This document shows positions 25,413-38,600 of a stretch of DNA of 64,000 bases, in pieces. Each line of letters starts with the position of its first letter. Within the stretch, counting starts at the first letter, position 1. Below the pieces are notes generated by a model, which was not told the origin of the DNA, did not search any database, and was given only the letters and a program-made list of their open reading frames with translations. A program made the position numbers and the translations under genes. The DNA lies in the NCBI GenBank assembly GCA_047495785.1, contig JBLDXI010000013.1:2480001-2544000 (forward strand), written 5' to 3'. This DNA is from Lepidodermella squamata (lineage: Eukaryota; Animalia; Gastrotricha).

Positions 25413-26669
25413 TCAACTCGGCGGCTTTTCCATGGTGAAAAGCGACCCGAAAACGATGTGTTGAACAATAGGGAATTTGGCTAGCACCTCGCCTCGATAC
25501 ATTTTAATAAGACCCTGGTTCGCCTTAGCCCAGTTCGGCACCCCAGATATATTCCATAGCTGGTTTGAATGTTCGGCGAACGGGCCGGTTTTCACCTGTG
25601 TGATGTATCTGATCGCGCTCAGAAACAAATAATCGGCATAATGACGGTCGTAAATGCTTGGTTCTGGGAAATTCGATGGTAGAATTGACGTGTGGTCCTG
25701 AAGTTGAGATGCACCCCATAAGAAGGGCAAAAATTGGTAGTCATCCAAACACCAAACACCATGACTACCCGCGGGTTCCATTCTGAAAATTGAAAAAAAT
25801 TAAAATTTAATTTAAATTAAAAAAAAATTCGAAAAAGAAGATTCCAGGCTTCTGACATTATTTAAAAAATTCCAAAATACCGTATTTTTTGTTACCATAG
25901 CAGCCCGGCCTACTCAAATTTCAACCTCAAAATTTTGCAAATTTCAAAAAATAATTTTTGGTGAATAGTTCATTTTTGACGTTTTCGAACCGACTTGACC
26001 CCTCAACCCTGGGCTACTATTAGTGGATGGGCTACTATTGGAACAAATACGGTGTACCGATAATTCATTTTTTATTTACCTGTATGTTACTTGAAGTTTT
26101 CGGCACATCTGTAAATACTGGTCGAAAGCTTGAAGGAGAAACGCAGTGCCATCGGTATCGTTTAAAAACCCGATTTTATAGAGGATCAAGCCGAAAATGA
26201 CGAAATTTAGCTCATGCCCAGTGCCATAGTCGATTCTAGTCGAATTTCCGAAGGCATCGAGCAGATAGGGCTTTAGTTCGACTTTCGCCCGGCGAAAGCC
26301 GCCTCCTTCCGGCAACATTTTGTCGAGTAATTCGTCGCAATTTTCCGACATTTTCTTGAACCATTCACGGTACGCCTGATTACCGAATCGCGCTGGCTGT
26401 TGAATTGGCGGAGTTTCGTCGATTAACCGGCTCAAACTGTCGATTAGAGCTAGGATCGATTTAATATTATCGCTAATTTGGTAATCTTTCGTTGATGAAA
26501 TCGCTTTGTTACACACGCAATCGTTGAGCCATAGCATGAATTTAATAAGATCGGCATAAGCAGGCGATTGCTCCCATTTTCGCATGTCCATTGGCTTCAA
26601 AACCGCGCGTTTCGGCTCGACGAACTCGTGCGTTTCTGGGTTTACTCGTTCTAGCTGTGGTGAAGTCAT
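25413..26669 (-). CDS. PTPA: Serine/threonine-protein phosphatase 2A activator (exons 26669-26080, 25782-25413)
   Basis: RFGNQAYR, FGNSTRIDYGTGHE, YR|MEPAGSHGVWCLDDYQFLPFLWG, KTGPFAEHS motifs. Confidence 0.96.
25880..26052. mobile_element. Short MITE (~173 bp) in the PTPA intron
   Basis: Imperfect TIRs TA|CCGTATTT..TTACCATAGCAGCCC / GGGCTACTATTGGAACAAATACGG|TG, and a duplicated GGGCTACTATT subterminal motif. Confidence 0.72.
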
Positions 26670-26852
26670 TTTAATATATAAAAAATCGACTATTTGAAAA
26701 GAAACCGTTGTTATTCATCTCACAATCACTTTACTATTACGTCGAGTACAAAAGCGTCTGAATGTCCGTAGAAATCAAACATAATAGGCAAGTGGAAGAC
26801 ATTGAAAAATTGCATGCGATTATTATTTTATTTGTAATTATTATATATTTGA

Positions 26853-27811
26853 TTATCGGAATCGATGAGTCGTATGATCGCGGAAATATTGATGCTCGAG
26901 CGCAGCTTTATCAGTTATCCGACTCGCCGGGTTGAGAATTAACATTTTCTGCAGCAAATCTCGACCGTTTGCTGATAGACGCGGTACGACGTGGCTTAAA
27001 GACGAAGCACCTGATGTCACGCCTAACGAAGCCGAAGTTGATATTGGCCGGTAATCGGGTAAAGATGTCACACCAGGCCATGATTCTTCGCTTGGCCAGC
27101 CTGAAATGGGAGTGAAAAGTTATTTAATATACCTCCGCCTTGAAAATTACTACCTAATAATTTGAAAATTTTCTTCAATTGATCGTCCGCATCTGTACCA
27201 GGGAACAAAGGTCTGCCACCATTGGCCAACTCAGCGAAAATACAACCAGCCGACCAGGCGTCTACCGCAGTATCGTATTGACGAGATCCGAAGAGAATTT
27301 CAGGGGCGCGGTACCATAATGTAACTACTTCGCATGAAAATGACCGAACAGGAATGCCAAAAGCACGAGCTAATCCAAAGTCGGCCAAGCGGAGCTCGCC
27401 ATTACGAGTTAGAAGTAGGTTTTGAGGCTTCAAATCGCGGTGGAGTACATGCTTTCTGTGGCAATATTCAATGCCGCTCAGCAACTGATGAAATAAGTTT
27501 CGCACCAAATTTTGATCGATTTCTCCGTTGCAGCTCTCGAAAAAGCGCTTCAGATCTTGATCACAGTATTCAAAGACTAGAGTGAGAATCTTCTCGCTGT
27601 GAAGAACGTCGATTAAGCGTACAATGTTGGGGTGACGCAGCTCCTTTAAAAGAGCGATCTCTCGCAAGGCTGAACTCGGAACGCCTTCGTCTTCCAAGTC
27701 CAAGCGCACACGTTTCAAAGCGACGATCTCCTGAGTTTGCCGATTTTTCGCTTTGAAGACCATGCCATACGTACCTTCGCCAATTTTCTCAATTTTTTCA
27801 TATTTTTCCAT
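26853..27811 (-). CDS. CDK5: Cyclin-dependent kinase 5 (exons 27811-27154, 27100-26853)
   Basis: [34 protein letters not shown]; splice KLLG|[10 protein letters not shown]. Confidence 0.96.
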
Positions 27812-27909
27812 CGAAATGAATAATAATTATCTATGAAGTCCATGAATATGATGATGAGATAAATTTAATGAAAAACTCATATGAGCGAGATAAAAATCTG
27901 GGACAACAC

Positions 27910-28308
27910 CTATTCTTTCTCTTCAGGCTTAGCGCCGGTGGGAGGGCGATCGATGGTGTTCTCATCGAATGCTTTTCTGGCTTTTTTCAACTCGTCATTC
28001 ATTAAAAGAAGCTCTTTGACGCGTGAGAACTTGCGTTCATCTTTGCGAATGAGAAAAATAATATCTTCAACCATGACTCGGCCAGCTTTGCTAACATCAA
28101 CAGCTCGTTTAGTCATATCGATTACGTACTCGATTGCCAGATGTTCCAGCAGATCTACTGTGTCTTGGTATGGATTGTCTTCATCGCCGAATCCGAACAG
28201 CATGAAGCGAATTTCTTTAGCAAAAATACCGGCTTGAATAGTTGAATGAGTTACTTGATCATCATCGTCAAGTAACTCCTCTTCGCCAACGCCGACATAG
28301 GATGCCAT
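27910..28308 (-). CDS. TAF13: TFIID subunit 13 (single exon)
   Basis: IFAKEIRFMLFGFGDEDNPY..TVDLLE..VEDIIFLIRKDERKFSRVKELLLMNDELKKARKAFDE. Confidence 0.95.
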   Translation of the reverse strand: MASYVGVGEEELLDDDDQVTHSTIQAGIFAKEIRFMLFGFGDEDNPYQDTVDLLEHLAIEYVIDMTKRAVDVSKAGRVMVEDIIFLIRKDERKFSRVKELLLMNDELKKARKAFDENTIDRPPTGAKPEEKE

Positions 28309-29665
28309 GTTTTATAAAGAATTTTTACTTACGGAGACTTCTAGAAGAAGAAGAAAATGCGAGTGATCTAGCAAACGTTCAGGTTGTTTTCTGTTTGCAA
28401 CAACGTTACACAAATATATGAATTCGAATAGATTTGATCGCCGATCAACGAGAACACAGAATCAACAAGTCTTGACAGCAAAGAGCCAACATGTTGGTCT
28501 AAGTCAACCAATTGAGGATAGATTTACCAGCAAACGGAGCGTGAGGTAAATGCCTTATGCCATAGGCCTTCTGTCCTCCGTTCTCGCAGAATAATCAAAC
28601 AGGACGACTGCGATGTAAATAGGAAATGGGTAAACTGTAGCCAGCCTTTCTCGCAGTAATTACAAAAACTCAAAGAATATCTCACTTTCATTTCCAAGCG
28701 TCATCAGCCTGTTAGATGAACTGGGAATGATGCGAAAGTGGTGGGTATAAAGGCACAGCAGTTAGCAGTTCTAGAAATTGTAATGTGCCCCTAGCTTTGA
28801 TTTTTGGTGAGTATAACTCTGCGGTTCCTGTATGCTGCATGCAGGAAGCAGACACACAGCTTGACCAGCCAAGCAGCCAAAACAGCCGAGAGCCAACAGC
28901 CGAGAAGATGAAGGTTACACTTGATTAGTTAACACTTCATTCTTTGTTTATCACGCATATTAACTTTTAGTTCAGAGGACGAGAGATATAGTTCTCAAGA
29001 AAATTTTCCAATATATATTATCGAGAAATATTGCTTTGAATTGTCATAAAATGAGCAATCCGTAAAAAATCTTGGCAGTCGGTACAGACGAGTTCACCGT
29101 TTATGGTGCTATGATTCAAAGCAGTAACGGTGAAATCATACTCTCGAATCTTGCATTACGCTGAGACTTTTGTCTTGTTTGATTTGTTACTCCGATACTT
29201 GTTTTCTTCACGAAGAACTAGACGAAGCAACAGCCATCGACGTATTGAATGCATTTTGAATCCACTTGTTCTTAGAACTAGTAAATAGCTCAGTTTTTCT
29301 TGGCAACCGCATCTCGGATCTATTGGTTCCTTCTATTAGCTGCACCAGTTGAAGAAATAGCGTCGAAGGGGAGAACGGAAGACGTCTCTTGACCTTTCAT
29401 CCTGTGCCACCTCCAGTCCTCGAAGAGTTATCTGTACATTTTTATGTCTACATCATGAGTAATTTGGGCTGCATTTTTCTTTCATTTTCTGATTATAGTA
29501 TGAATTGAATAGCTGCTTATTTCTACACTCTAGACCTAACTAACGCATAGGTGTGGTAGTTATAACAGGCTTATGTCGTAGTTTAGAGCTTGAAAATATG
29601 ATTTTGTGGCTTTCCTTTTTTCATACATTGTAACTCTCCGTATTTTACTAGGCTTTTATTTCTGA

Positions 29666-31032
29666 ATGGTTGCTATGAACAGCTGGGAGAAGCTGCGAGC
29701 TGCTCAGCATGATGCGTGGGCTTTGGTTGATACTGCTGTTACTGAGGATGAGAAAGCAACTGGTAGCGAGAAACGACGTGCGTTGCCATTCTATAAGTCT
29801 GGTTTAGAAGCCTTAAATGTTGCGATAAAAATTGATACTAGCGGTATCACTGATGAAGCAACTAAAGAGAGGGCCAACCGTTTGCGCCAGAAAATCGAAA
29901 AGAACATAGATTACGTCAGGGAGCGTATTCGCTTAATTGAGACACTCCCACCTCTAACAACAACTCATCGCAGCGCTCGACCTACGTCAACTTTGTCATC
30001 CCGGACGACCGCTAAAACTGCTGCTCCCTCGAAAACTGACAAAGGCGACGCAAAACTTACCCTTAAAAATGTCGACAAGGCTTTAGCCGAAGCTATCTTA
30101 TCTGAAATAGTCACTCCCGCTGGCAAAGGCCCAACTTTCGATGACGTAATTGGCGTTGAAGAGTGCAAAGAAGCTCTGAACGAAGCAGTGATATTACCAG
30201 CTGTGCGACCTGATCTCTTCACAGGATCCCGCGTTCCACCTAAGTAATAATTCAACTATTAATATCTAACACGATTGTAAACTTTGCACTGATTTGCAGA
30301 GGTGTTTTACTGTATGGACCTCCTGGTAATGGGAAAACGTTGTTAGCTAAAGCGGTTGCTAATCAAGCGAATGCTACGTTTTTCTCCATCACCGCATCAA
30401 CCCTCATATCGAAATGGATGGGCGAGAGCGAAAAGCTGGTTCGAGCTCTGTTCACAGCAGCTCGCGAGCTTCAACCATCTGTCATTTTTCTTGACGAATG
30501 TGATTCTATCCTCACCGAACGCAAAAGTGGTGACAACGACTCTATTCGTCGCGTGAAGACCCAATTTCTCGTCGAATGTGACGGTCTCTCAACCGGTGAA
30601 AATGAGCGTGTTGTATTGCTAGCAGCTACAAACAGACCTTGGGATTTGGATACTGCAGCTTTGCGTCGGTTACCTCGTCGAATTTACCTACCACTACCAG
30701 ATGCCAAATGCCGAGCTGCAATCCTCACTAGCTGGTATGAGAAAAACAAGCAACAAGCCAGTTTGTCTCCCAGTGAAATCGAAGAGCTAGCCGATAAAAT
30801 GGAAGGTTACTCGGCTGCTGATATGACTCAATTATTTCAAAACGCTGCATTAGCTCCACTCCGCGAGCTCAGTATTGAAGTTCAGAAAACTATCGACCGC
30901 AAAGACATTCGCCCAATTAATGCCAACGATATTTGTGCTTCGATGCGAAAAATTCGCCCATCAGCTTCCGACCCGGCTGCTCTTCGCGAATTCGAGAAAT
31001 GGACAGCTGAATTCGGCTCATCGGGTCTTTAA
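29666..31032 (+). CDS. SPAST: Spastin (MIT + AAA microtubule-severing ATPase; exons 29666-30243, 30300-31032)
   Basis: MIT domain, LKNVDKALAEAILSEI, EAVILPAVRPDLFTG, Walker A GPPGNGKT across the splice, SKWMGESEKLVRALF, ATNRPWDLD. Confidence 0.88.
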
Positions 31033-31198
31033 TTAGCAAATTAAAAAACCGGTGCATTATTGATACTTTGCTTCTTCGTATTTTAATGTGATTTTCGCTC
31101 GTTTAATCAAGGATTTTGAAACAATTGATTTCATTTTTTAACTGCTTTTTCTATAATAGGCATGATCTTATTAAATCTGTAGATTTATTCGTGGTTCA

Positions 31199-33484
31199 AT
31201 GGCGCGGAAAGACGTTCCAATGGGCAAGCCCGGGCAACAAAAACGCGGAAATTCGAGTGGTAAAAACGTTGATGAAAAAGATGCGGCGAACAAGAAAGGC
31301 AGCCCATCTTCATCTTCGAAATCCACCCCTCAACTGCGGCGATCTGGGCGCAATTCTTCAAATAGCAATAAAAGCGACTCTTATTTGTCTTCGGATCCGA
31401 ACTTCGCGGCATTCAAAGAGCGCCTTGTTGCTATCGGCCTCGAACTTCGCGATATAATTGGCGATGGGTTTGTGGTTTTAATTTTTTTCTAGCAATTTGA
31501 ACGCAATTTTGTGGTATTTAGGAATTGTTTATTCCGAGCTCTCGGTGACCAGCTCGATGGCAGCGACTGTGATCATTTGAAACATCGCGAGGATGTTGTC
31601 CGGTACATGATAAAACACGAAAATGATTTCTCCCCTTTCGTCGAAGACGATGTGCCATTCTCAAAACACAGTGCGTTGAACTCATTTGTCGCCTTAATTT
31701 TGTTTAATGATTTTTTTCTTGCAGTCGACGAACTTCGCCAACCTGGTACATTTGCTGGCAATGACGCGATTGTAGCGTTCGCCCGGTTGCACAAAGTAAC
31801 AATCATAATTCACCAGCTCGACGCGCCGGCGATTGAAATTAAAGGCGCAGATGAGTCGGCCCGCCAGTTGCACATCTCATACCACAACGGCGATCACTAT
31901 TCGTCGGTGCGGCGCATCAACGACTCGACTAACAAACCAGTCAACATTCGGCTGACTCCCATTGTTGGCAGCAACTCTCAAAATAATAATCATAATAATA
32001 ACAATAATAACAAAGACCATCGATCTTCATCGTCTGCCTCAAATTCGTCGAATCACAGTGGGAAAACGCAATCGTCTACGCCGAATACTAGCGGCTTCTC
32101 CGACCTAGCGGCGATTAATGAAATTATCGAGCGGACCGGCTGTGATGACGTTGAACTCGTGAAATCGTCGCTGGCCGATAACGAAAATGACGTAGCGGCG
32201 ACGATTGACTCGGTTATGGCGATTCTTACCGTGACTCGCGCCGACTCGGCCGCGTCCTCTATAGACGGCGCCGGCAGTGACGGTGAACTGGGCTCGAGTC
32301 AAAACAGCAATTCGGCTAAATCTTCTGCTAAAGGACGGGTGAGTCGCATTATTTCAAATAATTAGAAGCCAGGGTAGTATAACTTAGTGCACCTCAAATC
32401 TGAACATGACCCTCTTTGATTTTGATTTCGAGTCGACATGTTTTGAACAAAAGACATCTATGTTGAACCGGGATTTTTCATTCAATTGCTCTACTCAGGA
32501 TAGGGTTCCTCTATTTGTTTATTTGCACTTTAGAAGCCTTGGAAGCTACAAAATTAGTTAAACTTGTAACATATCTAAGAAATGTTGGGCAACAAAATTT
32601 TTCAAATAAAAACTCAAATTATTCAAATTCAAATAAAAAATGCGGAGGTTTCTTGAAATTTTTCATTGGATGCTAAAATCATGGCCTAATTAGAACCCTG
32701 AGCTAGCTGATTAATCAAGTGGGAACTCTTATAATATGAGCTCTCAAGATCCAGTATCGAAATTGGCTCAACGTGAATTCGTCTTAAACTTCCGGTTATG
32801 GTCGAACATTCACGTAGGTAACCCTACATTTGGGCTCCAGGACAAATATGATTTTTCGAGTTTCAGTTCTCCTTTTTTATTTCCAAGCCAAATCGATAAA
32901 TCTCACTATAAAACTCATCGATAAAACGTTATGAGGATTGTTTTACGTAGCCTACAGAATTTTTATCGATTTCTCAAGTCAGTGATTTTTCCAATATCAG
33001 GAGCCTTGGAAGCCAACATTGAAAATGTTTCTACCCAGCTGATGATACAAAGTCCGACTGTCATGGAAGGCATCACTAGCGATAAGTAAAATTTAGCTGG
33101 ATACTAAATTTCAGTAGTGCGTATGCCAAGACCCATTCCTAAATTTGGCCTGAAATTTGGCTGAACCGCAACCCCTAATTCTGAAAAGAGGCTTATGGCA
33201 TGGGCATATTCATTGTAAAGATGACTAACCAGAGTATGTCCTGAGTTGTGGGAAAATCATCATTTTTCAATGCTTTTATTTATGTTTTCTACTTTTGTTT
33301 ATAGTCTCAACAAGCGAGGGCGAAGAAGGTGGAGAAAAAAATTCGGCGAATGCAAGAGCGTCGCGAGCAGTACCTAACGTCGAAAGGCCCCGTGGACGAG
33401 TCGTCGCGGCGCAGCCAGCAGCCGTCGCCGTCGTCCGATGTCGTAATAATAAACTCGGCGAAATTAGACATTGTCTCAGTATAG
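31199..33484 (+). CDS. OTUD3: OTU deubiquitinase 3 (exons ~31199-31467, 31521-31670, 31725-32338, 33305-33484)
   Basis: GDG|[53 protein letters not shown]-like IIERTGCDD, basic C-terminal exon. Confidence 0.92.
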
Positions 33485-34235
33485 CAAAACATTGCGAACT
33501 TATGTAATAGTATCATTATGTACCATTTATTTGCAATCTTTTATCACAAGATGTCTGTTTCTTTCTGGAAAAAAATGTCTTGAAAATCCTGTTTTCTGCA
33601 TCAGTCTTACGGTTTGTTTTTCTTCATCTCTCTCTACTTATAAATATTAAAAAAAAACGATGCCTTTCTCTTGCTATAAAAATATTAATTTAGCAAGAAA
33701 TTATCATTAATTTAGTTTTTTATTGGTAAAATATAACTAAAAAAATGACTTTTATTTGTTGCTTGAGAGAATTCGATACGAGGTGAATCTAAACGGATTA
33801 TTTTTGTGTTCAACTACTATGAAGTATGAACAGGTGAGAAAGAGACCCCTTTGAATTGAATGAAAGTCGAAAAAACGCATTTTGAACCAAATAAAAAATA
33901 TTTTCGCAATTATCAATTGTTTTTTCTATAAAAAAATTCGGTGCTTCAAAGCCACTAATAATAATGCGGTGGAAAATGTGAGCAAATTACTAAAGCTGGT
34001 TTGTTTACTCAGGACACACCGGTCCGAGAATTATTTTATGCCGTAAAAACGTGCCCGGAAATGTCCATCGACTAATCGCCGGCGAGATTTTGCATGAAAT
34101 TTACGTGGTTTTAATCGATTGCGAGGCCTGAGTTCAGCCCACCGATGCGATGGTACAGAGAATCAGAGTGGAGTCAGTAAACACCAAATGAGTAACTGAG
34201 CAACTTTTTAATTTTTTAAGTTCGTGGTACTAGAA

Positions 34236-35363
34236 ATGGGAGGCGTCTGGTGAGTAGCTCGTTGATATTTTAGCCACCCTAATATTTTTTGTTCAGCCCA
34301 TTTTGCCCGGCCAGGCGTATCGAGCCGATGGATGCCGATACTTCACAGGTGGTCGTGCGTTTCAACGACGTTCCAACCTTTTACAGCCCAGTGGTCGATA
34401 CGGCTGTTCAGACTGATTTGCCGTCACCCTGGGCGACCGATGTGAGGCGGAATAGAACAGATCACGACACACCGTCTGTAGCTCCGATGACGTCAATTGT
34501 AAACGAATCTCCGTTCAATACTACGAATTCTCAGCTGGAAAGTCTCACAGAACTTGATATTCAGAACAACCCAATGATGATTACTAGGCGGTCGCTATAT
34601 CACAAGTCGTTCAACACGCCAGAATTTGAGGAGGAAATACATTTGTGAGTGCACTGTATCGATTTATAAATTATTGTAACTTCGTTATTTCCTTCCTATA
34701 ATTTTTGTCTGATGTGAATTTTCTTAAATTTTCTTAAAATAATTTACAGGAGAGATATTCCTTCTCGCGTCGATGATATCAATATTACCCTCGGTATATT
34801 GTTAGACGAAACAGACGACAAATCAAAATCTTTAGTTGAGGAGCTGCGACCCATTTTCAAGCATTTGGAATTTTTCGGTAGTTATTTTTTACCCTTATTT
34901 TTTACTATTCAAACAATTACGGTTACAGAATCGAAGCTTCCGATGGAAGGCAACAATATCGACATGAGCAAGTTAGCGTGGTCTTGCGACTGTTTCATGA
35001 TCATCGTCAGAGGTGACTTACTGCCTGATAAAGCGGCTCAAAACTTCACCCATTTTCTGCCAAACGGTTCCGCCGAGGCGAAAAACAATCCATTCTACGC
35101 CAAACCAACAGCTATTGCATGCGAAGGTACACTTCTATTTATCATCAGTGAAAAAATTAAGGTGGCGTTTTCATCTTTTTATTTTAGAAATTTCATTGGT
35201 CTCGGATCTTCGTAATTTTTTGAATTCGATCGGTGCTGTCGTGATGCCTTCGGTTTTAACCACAACCGCCAATATGCCGGCAAGTGAGAGCAAGGCGGTG
35301 AATGAGCTCAAATTATACGCAACAGCCCTCAAACTCATCAAATTGAGTACTCTGACTGTGTAA
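34236..35363 (+). CDS. Probably N-myristoylated protein with a degenerate NADPH-dependent FMN reductase (flavodoxin-like) domain (5 exons)
   Basis: Hand-spliced: MGGVC|PFCPARRIEP...EEIHL|RDIP...LAWSCDCFMIIV...PFYAKPTAIACE|EISLVSDLRNFLNSIGAVVMPS...ELKLYATALK. The C-terminal half follows the FMN_red pattern, recognised from memory only. Confidence 0.65.
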
Positions 35364-35623
35364 TAAAATACTCAATTATTCAAAATTTACCTTTATTTTT
35401 CATCATGCATTTTTCGACAAAACAAATTATTCCGCAAAAAATCAAAGTTTGACCTAATTTCGCATACAATAACGTTCACAATAATAATAATAATAAATCG
35501 ATAATACAATAGACAAAGGCCGCGTTATCGTCTGTTTTTTTATCATGGTCGTATAAAGCTGAGAAAGCACCGACATTCAATCAAAATTCATACAAAACTG
35601 GGTTATTATCGTCTCGAAGAATC

Positions 35624-38600
35624 TCATTTCCAAACTTTGATTGTGCCATCACGTGATGTTGTAACCAAGTAAGGCTGAGCAGCCCGACACACTGTGACAC
35701 CTGTAATTATATCCCGGTGACCCGGCGGCACCCACAGGGGCGAAACCGCATCGGGCGGGATGGCCCGGGCAGGCGATCCGCCTAAACCCTGCTCAGCCTC
35801 GGCGATGACCTCAGTTCCATCGATAATTCGCGATTCATAGCGGCAATTCAGGCTTTGCGGGTCTCGAGCCGCTGGCACGACTAGTCGGCACTGCTGCGCA
35901 CCGGTAAGGTTCCACAAACGAACTCGCTGGTCGGAGGAACCCGTGAAAAATTGCCGACCATCAGGGAATGGATACACAGCAGATACGTAGTGATGCGAAT
36001 TCTGAGTTTGCTGCAAAAAAATTAAAATAATAAATAAATCGAAATAAATTGATGTTACTTACACTTTGGAAGGCTAGGGGTGGGTTAGTACTGGCCCAAA
36101 GTGCCTTGAGGCGTGACCCGGTTTCAATGTCCCACGAGCTGAATTCATTATTACCCTGGAACCCAGCGTAGACGCTCTTCGACGGCGCCGAATCCGGCAG
36201 CAAATAACGAACCCGGTGATTATGAGGGTGGACGATATTTTTCACAGCCAGCCTAAAACGCGCATCCCACGCTGTGAGAACACCACTTGACGAACCGGTA
36301 ACGAAGCAGTAAGAATCCGGGATGTCACAGGCGGCCATGATAAGGCCTGATCTCAAATCAGCCTGTTGCGACCAAACAACCCAGTTGGACGGGTTCATGC
36401 GCCAATCGACGAGCATAACTCGGCCTAAGGCGGTTGCGACCCATCCTAGACTCAGGTTGAAACTGCAGACCGCTGCGGACATGACGTGATCGCGTTCGAC
36501 CTCTTGGTGATTCTTCAAACTGGCGAAAACCGGCTGGCAACAGTCGCTGAGGTCGATGTTCGACGCGCCCTGGCCGAGTTTGATCACGTGAACGCAGCCA
36601 GTTGTCGAAATCGCGACCATGTGGTTGTAGTAGTTGAGCAACTGGCGCATTTTGTGATCGGCGCCGCAGTTGTACCGAACAATGGACTGATTGACAATTT
36701 GACTTCCGTCCATTTTGTTGCAATCGTACAGGCGAACGAGGCCGTCATCGCTGGCTGTTGCGAACAGGGACTGATCGAAGCCGTTGCCGACTGGTGTTAG
36801 CCGATACATAGGACCACTGGTTTCGTTGAAATTCGCGACCAGAATGGACTTGATCTGCAAAAATTCATGAAAAGCTTAATTTATCAGCTGTCATTGAATA
36901 AGCAAAAAATCTACTGAAAAATTGCAAATACCCAGTAAAAATTGAAAGGCAACGATTACTGGCCTTTGCCGTGGCCTGAGTCAATTGTTTTTTGTAAATG
37001 TTAAATTTTCATGTTTTAGGCTTTAATCCACCTTAAAAGATGAGTTGCCGAAAGGTTCAACACTTAATTGTTACCCTTTCACGGCCGACATTTGTTCAGC
37101 CAAGCCAACAAATGATTTTTAGAATTTTCAGGCAAATGAAGCCAATAGAAAATATTTATAAAATCTTCGGCGATTTCTTTCAAGGACGCATTCTCTAAAA
37201 TTCGCATTTTAGTGGTGTGCTTGGAAATCAATTTTCTCAGCAACCCTTTTACTTTCGCTTTGATCTAGAAAGCGACATCAAGAGCTCACGATGTCAGAAA
37301 TCCCGCCAACTCCCAATTTTCCAGTTTTAATTGGGAATTCAAAATTGCAATGAATTTCAAGCTGGATACAAAAATTTAGTTTCAGGTATCTCACTCAGAG
37401 TTTGATTTGTTCAAAAAACAACAGGTAAGAAAACAAACCTGTAGCGATGGAAACGCGCTGGTTTGAGCCTGTCTGGCTCGGATTCCGCTGAAAATTGGAT
37501 CCGTATTCGCTTTCGCCAGTCGGTTTTCGACGAAAGATTGCGACGCACTCTCCGGGGCAGCGCCCAGATTGATGCCAGAAACCAAAACGCCGCGAACCAG
37601 CGAGGTCATAGAAACGCTATTTATGCCCATTGGCGATAGACAGGCCGAATCCGGGGCGACAACCGCCGAGACCTGACTGCTGCTAGTTGACGTCGACAGC
37701 CCACCAACAGTCGCGCCACTTATCGTCGATGACGCATTCGTTTGCGTCGAAGTGACGGTATTAAAATTTGACGAAGAAACACCCTGATCACTGGTTTGAT
37801 TACTACTCGCTTCTGAGCTTCGCTGCACTGCAATTTCAATCGAATTTGAGCTAGGCGGGGTCGATCGCACTGCTCCGAACATTTCACGCCATTCTGTGTT
37901 AACGTCATCGTCTTCATTGCGAGTCCGACGGGGCGGCCCAATTTCCCAGGCGCTACCTGATTGACCACCCCCACCTGGCGGGACTGCGATTTGAAACGGG
38001 TTCGTGATAAAACGTCTCCTCGCTTCTTCCATTCGAATGCGTTTCAAAGAAGGTGGTTTCAACAAATTCTGACCGTTGATAAAATTTCCGGTGACAGTAA
38101 CCAGAGCGGCGGGTAGAGTGGGTCCGGATTTGTTCGTCTGAGTCAGTTGTTCGTTAACAATGCTCCTCAACGGGCGGGTTCGCTTCAGAAAATCACGCAG
38201 ATTCAACAAATACTGCTCATGTTCCGGTTTCATGCCCATATTTCGCATTCGCTCCATGCTGCCGGCCGCTTTTTCTGTAATTCCATCCGGAAATCGACCG
38301 TTAAAACTCGAAGCACGTCGCTTGCTTGATAGCAAATCGAAAATTCCGTCGAAGTATTGCGATTTCAGGATAAAATCGTAGATTGGACGGGGAATTTCTT
38401 CCTTCAAAGCAACTGCCAGCATTTTTTGGTCGTTGAATTGGCTCAACGGGTATCGGAGGTAAGGCTCCAATTTCGGCCTTACATAACAAATAACGTCCGC
38501 AGACGGCGAACTAGCGGCTAGAATTGAACAGAATTCAACCGCGGCTGCTCTCAGCCATTGATTAGGGTGGGCGAGGAAGGGTCGAATGTGGTCGAAAAGC

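Noticed and set aside
32370-33243. CAGG...CCTG-bounded ~870 bp insert enlarging the last OTUD3 intron (hAT-like relic?)
   Set aside because: Termini match poorly and no 8-bp target duplication; cannot support without other copies
36931-37335. CCCAGTAAAAATTG / CAGTTTTAATTGGG possible TIRs in the long VPS15 intron
   Set aside because: Only ~11/14 identity in AT-rich sequence and no clear TSD
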